DNA of 52,679 nucleotides, the filler included, from Squatina squatina (lineage: Eukaryota): the NCBI GenBank assembly GCA_031763465.1. It is 3 parts of 3 records of this genome, joined end to end, with 100 filler letters (N's around TTAATTAATTAA, not from the genome) between each part and the next. Parts side by side here need not be neighbours in the genome. Positions count along the whole stretch, not along the records: positions 21,817 to 35,735 come from JARFOE010000176.1; 2 more parts are not named here. One strand, written 5' to 3'. The position numbers and the translations under genes were made by a program. Shown in pieces: positions 23,947-35,835 of this stretch (its first letter is position 1; every line of letters starts with the position of its first letter). The notes under the pieces were generated by a model that saw nothing but the letters and a program-made list of their open reading frames with translations, made no database searches and had not been told where the DNA came from.

Positions 23947-24390
23947 AAAAAACGCTGCAGAGCAAAAATTGAGAAGGTTGACACCATAAAACCTACAGAG
24001 TCTGTAATCCCAATAGTTAATGGAGGAATAAAATCTTGCAAACCTCTTTCAAATCCAAGTGACTTTTCTAGCACGTGTGTTGTCTACAGTTCTTCACACA
24101 AAGGTCCCCCATCTGAAGGGGGTTCAGAGACCTCNNNNNNNNNNNNNNNNNNNNNNNNNNNNNNNNNNNNNNNNNNNNNNNNNNNNNNNNNNNNNNNNNN
24201 NNNNNNNNNNNNNNNNNNNNNNNNNNNNNNNNNNNNNNNNNNNNNNNNNNNNNNNNNNNNNNNNNNNNNNNNNNNNNNNNNNNNNNNNNNNNNNNNNNNN
24301 NNNATGCCAAGTTTGCATGACATAATAAAAGGAAACAAGGATATTACAGTGGGGCCATTTGGTGTCACAACAGTTTCAGGTCACGTGTGA
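23947..24390 (+). CDS. SUCO: SUCO last coding exon, interrupted by a 169-N gap
   Basis: ttttttatag|AAA. Encodes [16 protein letters not shown]...[13 protein letters not shown] [gap] [28 protein letters not shown], with TGA at 24388-24390. Recalled human C-terminus is [28 protein letters not shown]. Frame is preserved across the gap. Confidence 0.92.
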   Translation, partial: KKRCRAKIEKVDTIKPTESVIPIVNGGIKSCKPLSNPSDFSSTCVVYSSSHKGPPSEGGSETXXXXXXXXXXXXXXXXXXXXXXXXXXXXXXXXXXXXXXXXXXXXXXXXXXXXXXXXXMPSLHDIIKGNKDITVGPFGVTTVSGHV

Positions 24391-25740
24391 TTGTGATTTA
24401 CTGACTTTGGATTGGAGCTGCCTCTTACTACTCCGTGTTTATGGTTTACAAGGTGCTTTCAGCCTTGCAATGCCTGAACTTCAAGCTAATAATCCGCTGA
24501 TGCGAGAGACTGTCTTCAGGGTCTGTTTTAAAAAAAAAAAATAAAAGTAGAAGGTTGCACTTTTTTGCTGTGTCCCATGGGAAGCAACATTCTACAAGTC
24601 AACTCCATGAATTTTGAAGAAGGGTACACGAGACGAGGAAGAAGAATCTTCCCGATCTTTCGCAAGGATATGCAGTGCAATTAATTGGATTAAGAATCAG
24701 CATAATTAACTGGGTACAGGTGCAACAGGGATTAATGCATAACTTCTGCATCGAGCTGTATTCCTATTTCTTGCACCTTTCCATATTTGTGCCTTTGTAT
24801 ATTTATAATGTAGCTGAAAGATGGACAAGTTCAAACTGATTTATCTTGTGTTCAGCTTTTCCTTTCAATTAAAAGGGGTTTGTGACAGTGTAACACTACA
24901 GTGCTGTAGAGCTGGTCTGCGCACAGTCAGATGGACTCGAACTCCAAAAAATCAAATGTAAGAGGTTATAGGAGGGAAGGGGAGAGGTTCCCAGTCAAAA
25001 TTTTTTTTTTTTTGCATATCAACTCTAAAATTGAATGTGAGCCGACTGTTTCTAAATTGGCTCAGAGTGCAGATTTGAATGCTTTTCACCTGGTACTTTT
25101 ACATCCCAGTACAGTGTTTTTATTTTTGAGGCATGTGTATTAGAAAAGTAATGTATGGAAGTGTTTTTTTTTTGAATGTATATATTTGAGCGAATGAGTG
25201 AGTGTTCGAGGAGAGCATTCTTTAATGGTGAAACATTCGTGNNNNNNNNNNNNNNNNNNNNNNNNNNNNNNNNNNNNNNNNNNNNNNNNNNNNNNNNNNN
25301 NNNNNNNNNNNNNNNNNNNNNNNNNNNNNNNNNNNNNNNNNNNNNNNNNNNNNNNNNNNNNNNNNNNNNNNNNNNNNNNNNNNNNNNNNNNNNNNNNNNN
25401 NNNNNNNNNNNNNNNNNNNNNNNNNNNNNNNNCACATTAGCCAGTCACAGCACTTGAGGACCGTTTGTTGTGGGCCTTAGTGAAAGGGTCCAAATTTAAG
25501 TAAGTTGTTATTTATATATGTTTTTAAACTTGTCTTTTGAGTGCTATGCACAACACTGTGGAACACAAGCATAATGTGACTGCAGAGCTGTAGTGCCATT
25601 AGAAAACTGTGAATTTCTAAATAAATATGAACACTTTACTGTCGTTGCTCAGTTAAAATGACGAGTTAAATTCCTTTTTGCCCCTCCCTCCTTTTTTAAT
25701 AGATCCAGAAGCTAATAAAGAATTAAACTTAAATTTGTAT
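24391..25740 (+). other. SUCO: SUCO 3'UTR with candidate polyA signals
   Basis: AU-rich sequence after the stop. AATAAA at 25620-25625 and 25714-25719, the latter followed by U/GU-rich sequence. Confidence 0.6.
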
Positions 25741-26139
25741 GCTTTTGTTTAATTATGCAATCAAACTAAGGTGTGTACCATGTTTCATGGATGATTATAC
25801 TTTTTGTCATTACTAATGTTGCATCTGCAACCTCTTGCACTTTTGCCTAAGTAGCTGATTAAACTTGTTTCAGTTTACAAGTAATATCCCACAGCGTTAC
25901 TTGCAGATTTGACTAATACACAAAAGGTTAGTGCTCTGGCCTGAAGGACTATGCTTGTCTTGTAATGGGTGCCCCTTTCATCTGTTTGATGTTGGACCTC
26001 CACACTTAATTCCTACACATTGTGGCCCAATCCTTCTCTCGTTGACAGTTGTGAGATGAGAATTTTTTATAAATATCTAAATACTCTCTTCCCTTTCTTG
26101 CCTCCTACTCCTGAAAAGAATTCCATTTGTTCTTGCTCC

Positions 26140-26362
26140 ATGTTTAACACGTCACTCTTCATCTTTCCTTCTCTCGCCCTACTCAGCAGGGATCTGTCTG
26201 TTTATCTGTGTCTCAAGTTTTCCCGTCCATCTGTCTGTGTATCTCTCTGCTTGATGCCTTTATCATTCTGTATTTCTCTGATGTCTTGCGTTATCCTTTT
26301 CCCTGTTCTCTCTCTCACTTTTTCTCTCCACCTGACTTAGCCTGCTCTGCCTCCTCTCTCTC
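26140..26362. repeat. CT-rich low-complexity tract
   Basis: Polypyrimidine (TC)n-rich sequence running into a gap. Similar tracts lie at about 22900-23070 and 51480-51630. Confidence 0.7.
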
Positions 26363-27160
26363 NNNNNNNNNNNNNNNNNNNNNNNNNNNNNNNNNNNNNN
26401 NNNNNNNNNNNNNNNNNNNNNNNNNNNNNNNNNNNNNNNNNNNNNNNNNNNNNNNNNNNNNNGCCTGCGATTTTAGTGGAATTGAATTTTTATGCTCATC
26501 CAGGTGCCGGTTGTCAATGCTGGGGAATAGAACTTAAGCTCCCAGTGCCAGCATGAGGCATTACCTCAGCTATAGCATGGCTAGACGCAGGGTAAAGCTC
26601 CTTCTACATCGGTCTAACAGCAGGACAGCACCCGTTAAATAATTACAGTTTCCCGCAACAGCCACTTTTACAGCCTCTCTGAGCAAATCATGGCCACTCT
26701 TGTGCCACGAGCTCACTTGGCCCATTGGGAAGTTGATCTGATTCTAGCCAAACTCATTTCATGTAATACCTGTTATGATCTCTGAATCTTCAACCCATCA
26801 GTTTTGGCTGCATTCATTCCATAAAAACTAGGGAAAAACAAGTTATAATTCATATTTGCTCCTGCAACAAGGGACATTATAGCAGCCTCCATACCTATAG
26901 ATTGAATTAGAAATGATATGGTACTGAAAATTCCAAAATTCCATCCACTATAAGATATTCATTCTACTACAGTAGAAGCAGAATCCTTACCCGTTCGGCA
27001 ATAATTAGACACATTTGCCTCAAGCCCTTTGTGTTATCCTGGTCACTCATGTAATGTAAATACTCCAAGTAACACTTAAAACAGCGAGTATTCAGTGCCC
27101 ATTGTGTTTAATTCTGAATTGTTTTTTAAATGATCATTATTTGCACTGATTTTATTGCAG

Positions 27161-27564
27161 GGGATTCAATCACTGCAGGTTTCAACCCACTCATGTGGGA
27201 TGATCGGAGAGGCCACGCCTTCACCAGAGGGGTACTGTACAGAAACAGAGGCCTGGTTGTCAATGAAACGGGGCTTTTCTTCGTTTACTCAAAGATCTAT
27301 TTCCGAGCTCACAAGTGTGAAGGAAACAAGAACTTGGAGCACATTGTGTTCAAACGAACGGATCGCTATCACAAAGACTTGATTCTAATGGAAACCAAGA
27401 AAACAAACTATTGCTCTGTGAATGGCAGGGAATGGGCTACAAATAGCTATCAAGCAGGAATAATACACCTTTCCAAAGGAGAATCCCTTTATGTCAATGT
27501 GTCGTATCCAACCCTAGTTAACTTTGACGAGACTAAAACTTTCTTTGGATTGTATAAGCTTTAG
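27161..27564 (+). CDS. FASLG: Fas ligand (TNFSF6), terminal exon encoding the TNF homology domain
   Basis: tttattgcag|GG, phase 1 as after AHLTG in FASLG. Encodes PLMWDD...GLVVNETGLFFVYSKIYFR..C...Y.KDLILME.K..NYC....W...SY......L...SLYVNVS...LVNFDETKTFFGLYKL*. FFGLYKL is the recalled human FasL C-terminus, and the gene lies directly downstream of SUCO as in human. Exons 1-3 not found. Confidence 0.9.
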
Positions 27565-29314
27565 TTCACATTGCTAATTTATATATTACTGGAAAGCTGA
27601 AATAACTTTATGTAAAAAAAAAATTTTTTTAAATTGCATTCTACCTACCCGAATCCCCAACAACATCATTTAATATCTTTGGCCTTTGATTTATCCCAAG
27701 TCCCTGTATATTATTTCCCAACTGGAAACGGATTTGAGAGGGAAACGCATCTTGATCTTCTTATCCTTTTTTCCAGAGGATAAATCTGTTCTCCACATGG
27801 CGTCGCCCCAGTGGCCCAGCCAGAGAGAGAGAATTTGCCCTGTGGGGCAATAGGGAGAGGAGCGGGTACAGGGTGAAAAGAGCTGGCAGTTGCGTAGCGG
27901 ACTGGTGCACTGGTGCATTGTGATGCCGCACCATTTCTAGTGGTGTGGCTCCTTTGATTATTGTCTATTGATCCATCAACATTAGCAAGCAGACCATAAT
28001 AATCAGCAATTAGCAACTGGTTGGGAATTTTGAAATATCATGGTTGCATATTATTCAAAAATACAGTGGAAAATCTACATGCAAAACTGCAAATATGGAA
28101 AATGACTATTTTGTGCCCTGCTTACCATTAGGTTTGCAACAGGAATGATTGTGTTAGCCCTTGANNNNNNNNNNNNNNNNNNNNNNNNNNNNNNNNNNNN
28201 NNNNNNNNNNNNNNNNNNNNNNNNNNNNNNNNNNNNNNNNNNNNNNNNNNNNNNNNNNNNNNNNTGTATTTTACAGAACTACCATAAAAGTCAGGGCTGC
28301 CCCAGGCACTAAACACAACCACCTCTGCTTCTGTTATTTTGGAATCATAGGCCAACATCATCTGTTTTTGAAAGTGAAGGAAGTACACTGATTTGTCAGC
28401 ATCGAACAAGATTTTAAAAATGGATTAATATTTCAGATATTAAATCCTCAGATCCCAACTTTTCCCATTACCAATAATAAGGGTCAACTACATATTTCCA
28501 TATCTGTTTTTATAGTAGATTCCCAGCATTTGCAGCTTTAATCATCACTTTTTCAGTTGTATCCACTGCCTCCGATACATTAGTACAGCTACCATCAGTG
28601 CCAAAGGAAACGAGGTGTAAATCTATAGAATTAGATTATCTATAATATCACTTGTCTTTTATCCATCATCTCTAAATACAGTTGGGGGAGTTGCTTAAGA
28701 AAGGATGAATTTCAAAGATTGAGTCATTCCATTACTTTGGCTGAAGTGCAATGATTCCAAATAATTGAAATGAAGCTATTAATTTACAAACTTAATTGTG
28801 CACCTAACCATCAAACTCATCCAATAAAACATATTATTTAAAACCAGTTAAAATCTTACACTTCATTACATTAGCAATGGCTATTGCCATTACTGTTACT
28901 TTGATACAGCCATTTATTTGTCGTTTCCATTATTCTAGTGAAACTTAAATTAATTGAATATCAAAAACACATGTTAAACTTTAAAGTTATATATTGCAAG
29001 AGACTATAAAATTTAATTTAACTCTTGGGTTCCTTGGATTCCACAACTACAACAACAATCTCCAATGTTTACTAGTTTGTGCTTTCATTTTAGATTTCTG
29101 GCATTTGCCTTTTTAATCATGCTGTGGTTTTAGCGGCAGGTGTAATTGGTAATTTAGAGATGCCATTGCAACATCGACTTGCGTCATTATGCTCTCCTCC
29201 GTTTACTAATCCAGTAAATTGCTTTACAAGACCGTTTGTCAGACAGCAAAGCTCCTTTACCCACATGTGTGAATTCTGGAAGTAAACTGAGCAAATGTTA
29301 TAATGTAGAACAAA

Positions 29315-29912
29315 CAGAAACTCTCAAAATCACTAAAATTAGCACCGCAGCTTAATAAGGCCATTTAAAACAAACAAACAAAGCACTGGGGTTCATTTCT
29401 AGAGGGATAGAATTGAAAAGCAGAGAATTTATGTTTAACTTGTATAGAACCTTAGTTAGACCACACTTGGCATAGTGTGTACAATTCTGGTCTCCAAATT
29501 AGAAAAGGGATATAGAGGCACTGGAGAAGGTGCAAAAAAGATTTACAAGGAAGATACCAGGAAAGATTAAACAGGCTGGGGCTCTTTTCTCTACAAAAGT
29601 GAAGGCTGAGGGGTGACCTGATAGAAGTCTTTAAGATTATGAAAGGGTTTGACAGGGTAGATGTTGAGATTTTTCCACTTGTCAGTGAAACCAAAACTAG
29701 GGGCTGGAAATATAAGATAGTTTATAATAAATCGATTAGAGAATTCAGGAGAAATTTCTTTACCCGGAGAGTTGAAAAAAGTAGAACTTTTTACCACAGG
29801 GGATATTTGAGGCAAATATCAGAGGTGCATTTAAGGGGAAGCTAGATAAACACATGAGGGAGAAAGGAATAGAAGGATATACTGATCGGGTTAGATAATG
29901 AGGGGCTGGAGG
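29315..29912 (+). mobile_element. CR1 LINE 3' ORF fragment (degenerate)
   Basis: Motifs LYRTLVRPHL..CVQFWSP and LRGDLIEVFKIMKGFDRVD..RNFFT, with stops and frameshifts. Confidence 0.85.
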
Positions 29913-30013
29913 ANNNNNNNNNNNNNNNNNNNNNNNNNNNNNNNNNNNNNNNNNNNNNNNNNNNNNNNNNNNNNNNNNNNNNNNNNNNNNNNNNNNNNNN
30001 NNNNNNNNNNNNN

Positions 30014-30273
30014 GGCGACATGAGGAAAAACTTTTTTACGCAGCGAGTGGTTAGGATCTGGAATGCACTGCCTGAAAGGGTGGTGGAGGCAGATTCAATT
30101 GTGGCTTTCAAAAGGCAATTGGATAAGTACCTGAAGGAAAACTTTATGCAGGGCTACATAGAAAGGGTGGGGGAGTGGGACTAGCTGAAGTGGTCTCGCA
30201 GAGAGCTGGCACGGAATCAATGGGCCGAATGACCTCCTGTACTGTAACCATTCTATGATTTTAAGATTCTATG
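30014..30273 (+). mobile_element. CR1 LINE 3' end
   Basis: MRKNFFTQRVVRIWNALPERVVEADSI, then GGGCCGAATGACCTCCTG...ATTCTATGATT..ATTCTATG terminal repeat. Confidence 0.85.
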
Positions 30274-31344
30274 AAATAAGCTCCAACGGCCTCCCCTCCA
30301 TTCCAGGTGGAAATGGAAAAACTACTTTTGTATTTTATCTGCTGCATCATTTTAATAATTGCTGTCCACAAATAACAGCGTCACTGTGAAAACCATGACA
30401 CATTAGGCAGTGGTCAGAGTGTCTGGTGGGAAAAAACATCTTCTAACTTCCTGTAACAGTTTTTTAATGCAAGAGCTTTTTACAAGCTGATAGGATTCAA
30501 CTGCTGTGTTTTTTAAAGTATAGCACAGTGGCCACGTCAGCCAGGCACTAAACATTTCTGTAAATCATGTGATGTTCTACAATATGCTGCTGTCCTTATC
30601 TCTTTGATCTGTCCATACCCAAGGTGGGTGTTTAGACAGACAGGAAAAGACAATGCATCTAATGTTTATCTGTGTCATCTAAACAATAGAACTAATGCGC
30701 ATGTTGTGCCATTTGACGATTCTTCAAAACTTTTGAGGCAACTTAATATCTGACCTAGATTGGATTCCGCACACTGGTACAATCCTTGTTAAATTCAGTG
30801 ATCGCTTTCTGCTGCTTCAAAGTATCAGGTTGAAGTCTGTCACTAAGATCCACACACTTTGAATTGCAGGCCACAACACCTAGATTACACTGTGGGCTGC
30901 AACTTGCACTCTCTGGCTTCCAGGAGAGAGCTCCGTTCCTACATGCTTGTGCATACAAGCATACTCTGCTTTAGTGTATCCACAGTCAGATTAGAGCCAG
31001 ACTCTAGAGTTCTGCAGCCACTTTTAATCCATAGGTGATCTCCACAATGACATGGAAGCGGTAATGTAAATGAACCTTTATATAGAGTCTACAGCACAGA
31101 GACAGGCCATTCAGCCCAACTAGTCTATGCCGGCATTTATGCTTCTCACAAGGCTTCCCCCATATTCCTCTATATTTCAAACATTGACAAAATCAATTAA
31201 GCAAATCTAAAGCAGAAAATATCAATGGTCAGTGACCTTAGTAAGGACAAGACTTTATTATTAGCACAGTGGGGAGTCTGGAGTTGGATTTATCCTGACT
31301 GCATGGTGTAGTACAATATTACAATAAGTGTGTTGGGGGAGCAG

Positions 31345-31588
31345 GAGGAGCGGCAGTATGAAAGGAGCGAGGGGAGCCGAGAGGAGCAGCAGTTTGAAAG
31401 GTGCGAGGGGAGCAGAGAGGAGAGGCAGTTTGAAAGGTGTGAGGGAAGCAAAGAGGAGCGGCAGTTTGAAAGGTGCGAGGGAAGCAAAGAGGAGCGGCAG
31501 CTTGAAAGGTGCGAGGGGAGCAGAGAGGAGCAGCAGTTTGACAGGTGCGGGAGCAGGGAGGAGCAGCAGTTTGAAAGGTGCGAGGGAA
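31345..31588. repeat. 36-bp purine-rich minisatellite, about 7 visible copies, truncated by a gap
   Basis: Unit approximately TTTGAAAGGTGCGAGGGGAGCAGAGAGGAGCGGCAG. Its length is divisible by 3, which yields spurious repetitive ORFs on both strands. Confidence 0.9.
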
Positions 31589-32340
31589 NNNNNNNNNNNN
31601 NNNNNNNNNNNNNNNNNNNNNNNNNNNNNNNNNNNNNNNNNNNNNNNNNNNNNNNNNNNNNNNNNNNNNNNNNNNNNNNNNNNNNNNNCTACTCGCTTAA
31701 CAGGAATTTTCAGCTGCAAATATTCAGTTAACAAGAACCAACGCTGTTGATAGAGATTGGAAATGGCTGTGGCTTTTCAGTTTCTAATCACTGAGCAAAA
31801 ACATTCACTTATTGGTTATGCTCACTGGTGCAGAAATGAGTACACACTGCTGCTTATTTTGCATTGTATTGGAGGTGAGATGTGCTTGACAGTGATGATA
31901 TCATTGCTGCCTCCGAGGTTGCAGAGAAATGTAAGCACGTTCCAATTTTGTACAGCTATAGTAGTCGTTGATGATACACAAAGATTAAAAACTAGAATGC
32001 AGAAAATAATTGAGGGATGCCGAACCCCGGCAAAGGTCACCGAACCTGAGTTGGCAATGATAGGAAATCACTTTCAGATTACTTCTAATTCATTTTTGGC
32101 TCATGTGTGATTACCACTATCAGTCAAAACTAACAAGAGGTTTGGTGGTTGCGGTGATGGTGATAGGGGAGATTCCTAGCTCCCATTGTTTGTAAATTGC
32201 TTAGTCTTACAAAGTTTGATTAATTTTCCCTCTCAACTTTTTCCTTCCCCTCAAGTTCTGCAGTGAACTGAAGAAGTAACAGACTGTAATTAATTTGTTT
32301 AAAGCACTTATTGTTTTTTGATGCCTAGATACTGCCTGAA

Positions 32341-32620
32341 GAAAGAAAAGGAAAAGGAAGACTTATATTTAGAATCCTAGAATGATCGTGCCCCGAAAGA
32401 GGCCATTTGGCCCATCGCACCTGTGCTGGCTCTTTGGTCAAGCTATCCAATTAATCCCACTCCCGCTCTTTCCCCTTAGCCCTGGAAATGTTCCCCTTCA
32501 AGTATTTATCCAATTATCTTTTGAATATTACTACTGAATCTGCTTCCATCACCCTTTCAGGCAGATTTATTTAGCATCTGTCTTGAAGCCAGAATGTCCC
32601 CAAAGTGCTTTATAGCCAAT
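32341..32620 (-). mobile_element. CR1 3' end (about 32372-32564) inserted into a Deu-SINE tail, both on the minus strand
   Basis: SINE tail GAAGACTTATATTT...ATTTAGCATC..CCCAAAGTGCTTTATAGCCAAT is split by GAATCCTAGAAT..GAGGCCATTTGGCCCATCG..CACCCTTTCAGGCAG. Confidence 0.65.
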
Positions 32621-34403
32621 NNNNNNNNNNNNNNNNNNNNNNNNNNNNNNNNNNNNNNNNNNNNNNNNNNNNNNNNNNNNNNNNNNNNNNNNNNNNNNNN
32701 NNNNNNNNNNNNNNNNNNNNAGAAGCAGCAAAAAAGTTTCAATAACTGCTCAAAGCAACAATGGCTTTTCACACATCGGAATACAACAATCTCCTTTCAG
32801 TAGTGGGTTGCACTGTTACTGATTTGTTGTAACATGTCTTTTCCAGTCATCGCTTCCAGCATAAAAAGTGGTGAGCTGGATTTACGGGCTCACGTAAACT
32901 TGGTTCAACTCAGTTTGCTCTTACACTTCAGCAGCAGTCTGAACCTTACCAACGTTAACCCAAAATAGTCTCCGATTTGTGTTCATGCTGGCTTCCACAC
33001 ACTAGACATTATTTACACACTGCTTAAAACAACTTGCAATTTATCTGTCAGGTTAATTTTATTTTAATGTATGTAAAATAAGAATGTCTTGAGAATGCAT
33101 GGGTCTTTTATCATTTTATTTGTGGTCATATCAAAACAGTACAAAGCAAAGTTCCATGTAAAAAATAAAGTTAGTTGCAATATCAAAACATTCATTTTTT
33201 GTTTAAAAGCACTATTACTTTTCCCATTAAATAACTACATTACATGCAATAAATAAATAGAACTCTTAGGTCAAATAATCTACATTCCAACCAGACATAT
33301 TTGCCTACTGTATGCCCCTTGAATATTGCGCCCTGGGACATTCATGAATATAGCTTGGGCTGGATATGTTAAAAGTTCCAGTACACCAAGGTTATAATTT
33401 TCTTCCCTCAACACACACAGGACTTGGAGGATTGTAAATCAATTGTGTGCAATCTCCCTCATTCATGATTTTGGTCACTTCACAAGGGGCATACAGCAAC
33501 TGTTTTTCTTTTAAAGACTAATCAAGACATTCAATAGTGCAGTAATACAACGAAGTTTGTGCAATGCACCGGGTTAGAGAACAAACACAACCAATTTGGT
33601 CACTTTCCTAGATATGATGCCAATCCCTCATTGAGGCAAAATACTTGGCATCACGTACCTCGTTATAAAATATTAAGTAGTAAAAATATACATTTAAAAA
33701 AAAACAAATCTCATATTTACCCTGAATTGAACATTTCACCCCCTTAGTAGGAATATGCAAACCTGGTCTGGGAGCAGGATCGGTACAATGAACTTTACAT
33801 TCTGNNNNNNNNNNNNNNNNNNNNNNNNNNNNNNNNNNNNNNNNNNNNNNNNNNNNNNNNNNNNNNNNNNNNNNNNNNNNNNNNNNNNNNNNNNNNNNNN
33901 NNNNCATTTTTATCAAAACTGTCAGACTAAATTTAAATGCCAAGTTCCATTCTTTCAATTTACACTTGTCGTGACATACCGCCAATAATGCTCATCACGC
34001 TAATAGTGATGGTGGAGACACAAAATGAAGATTGAGGAGGTATCTGGTTAATCCCAGTGATTATTTCATTCATTAGCAGTGGATACAAAGCATGTTGGCT
34101 CTTGAATTAGTCAATAAACAAGTCCCTCCTTGACTGCCAGCCTTGACGGTGGATCTTATCCTGCTCTAACTCCTCATGGCTGGGATGCCAGAGTCTAGCC
34201 AATATCCTTTCTATATTCAAGGCATAGACTGTGTGCACCAGTATCACTTCCCAGTGTACCTGGAGGGATCCAAAAAGGTCATACATGTAAACAGGTGGTA
34301 GGGAAGCTAGCATGTCTTCACCAGAACAGGCTAGAAGAAGAGCTGCCTGTTGCTCTGCATCATCTTTCTATTTCGCCATTGTGCATTTCCTTATATCCTC
34401 TCT

Positions 34404-34796
34404 TTAACATGCTACCCTTTGGCTCCTCCTAAGTGACTCTCCTGTGGCTGCAGCAGGGCTACTGGAAGGCTGCTGTGTGGATGCATGGGTCACCACAGGT
34501 GTCTTTTTGGGATGCTGTCGAGCAGCTCTGGCCCTGGAAGGGCTGGCTTCAGACTGCTCCACCGCAGGAGGTGAGGCAGCAGTCACGGCTGCCTGGGTGA
34601 CAGCCACGGACAGCTGCAATGGCGGAGTGGCAGTGGCTGGAGAATGAATGCTGTCATCCTGAGAGAGGAGGGCAACTCCAGCCTCCTCATCAGCAACGTC
34701 ACTCCCCCAGGGCATCTGCAGCTCTTCCACATCAGTCTGCGTGAGAACAGATTGTTGTGCTTGCAAACAGACGTCTAGTTGCCGGTGTACCCTCCT
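34404..34796 (-). mobile_element. A/S/P/T-rich ORF remnant, probably from the second (Myb/SANT partner) ORF of a Harbinger element
   Basis: GC-rich island in AT-rich surroundings encoding ...VEQSEASPSRARAAR...QQPSSSPAAATGESLRRSQR. No splice structure seen. Family assignment from pattern recall only. Confidence 0.4.
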
Positions 34797-35735
34797 NNNN
34801 NNNNNNNNNNNNNNNNNNNNNNNNNNNNNNNNNNNNNNNNNNNNNNNNNNNNNNNNNNNNNNNNNNNNNNNNNNNNNNNNNNNNNNNNNNNNNNNNTTAC
34901 TGCAACTCTCTATTGTGCTGCTGAGCTAAAAAAAAAATTAAACATCACATTTTCAAGGAATAAATGAAAAAGTCAAAGTAATTGCAGAGATTAACACTAG
35001 TGACAATATCCTACTATTTGTTACATTACTTTCATGCTTTCTGCATTCCCCTTTTAACTTTATGCTTGGGCCCCCTTTCTCTTCCTTACTATTTTCTTAA
35101 TGAAAACGTACACACACGTCTGATACCGTTCTTACCAGTCAATAATGTTGTTGTAGGCAATAATGCTGTTCTTTAAATATGGCTGGGGGTTAATACTACT
35201 TCCAAAAGCATACTTAAAATGGCCATCACGTAAACGGTATGATCTCCTCCTGGATATCACAGCTGTCAGAATGTCCTTCAGATGATTCTATTGGAGGAAG
35301 CACACAGTCATAATGCACGTATTACTCTGCTAAAGTGGAGCTGTGTTTAACCTGTCGAGTCCCTCTCTGGACATAAAGTCATGTACGTTTTTGGGTTTCT
35401 TTCACCTTTTTTCTTCCAAATATTTTTGAAATGGGTGTTTTAGTCTACTCCTATGGCTAAGTCCTATAATGTCCCCGAGAGCGGCTTCAGTTGCCCATAT
35501 AAAATTCCTAAGTATGCTTCGGTAACAGAGAGCCTTTTAGGAGATTATTTCAGCTATGGGTTCTATTCGGTACCTTTACTGGATTATTCTTGTGTTTTGA
35601 AAGTCACAAAATAATTCTACTACAGTCTTTGATTTAGGTTTTTGCTGCCAAACCAATGTATTAGGCAGAAAATGCGGATAGTAGCAGTGACACAATATCT
35701 ATTTTTACAGTAATTAAACTTAGCTAGCTTCTTGT

Positions 35736-35835
35736 NNNNNNNNNNNNNNNNNNNNNNNNNNNNNNNNNNNNNNNNNNNNTTAATTAATTAANNNNNNNNN
35801 NNNNNNNNNNNNNNNNNNNNNNNNNNNNNNNNNNN
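35736..35835. other. Artificial scaffold spacer: N44 + TTAATTAATTAA + N44
   Basis: 12-mer at 35780-35791 with the same geometry as 21717-21816. Confidence 0.95.

Noticed and set aside
24059-25457. Many ORFs in the track spanning N runs
   Set aside because: Their length comes from X codons in gaps. The real SUCO frame is not among the listed ORFs.
27130-27160. ATG start giving a single-exon soluble FasL
   Set aside because: These codons are the intron's pyrimidine tract and AG. The phase-1 acceptor matches normal FASLG structure, and earlier exons are probably in gaps.
34404-34766. Thr/Ser/Pro/Ala-rich ORF as the missing syndecan mucin-like exon 3
   Set aside because: Wrong strand and wrong scaffold piece, no Ser-Gly motifs, and more consistent with a transposon remnant.
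1-35735. Novel PUM1-SDC3-SUCO-FASLG gene cluster or rearrangement
   Set aside because: The two gene pairs are separated by an artificial six-frame-stop spacer.
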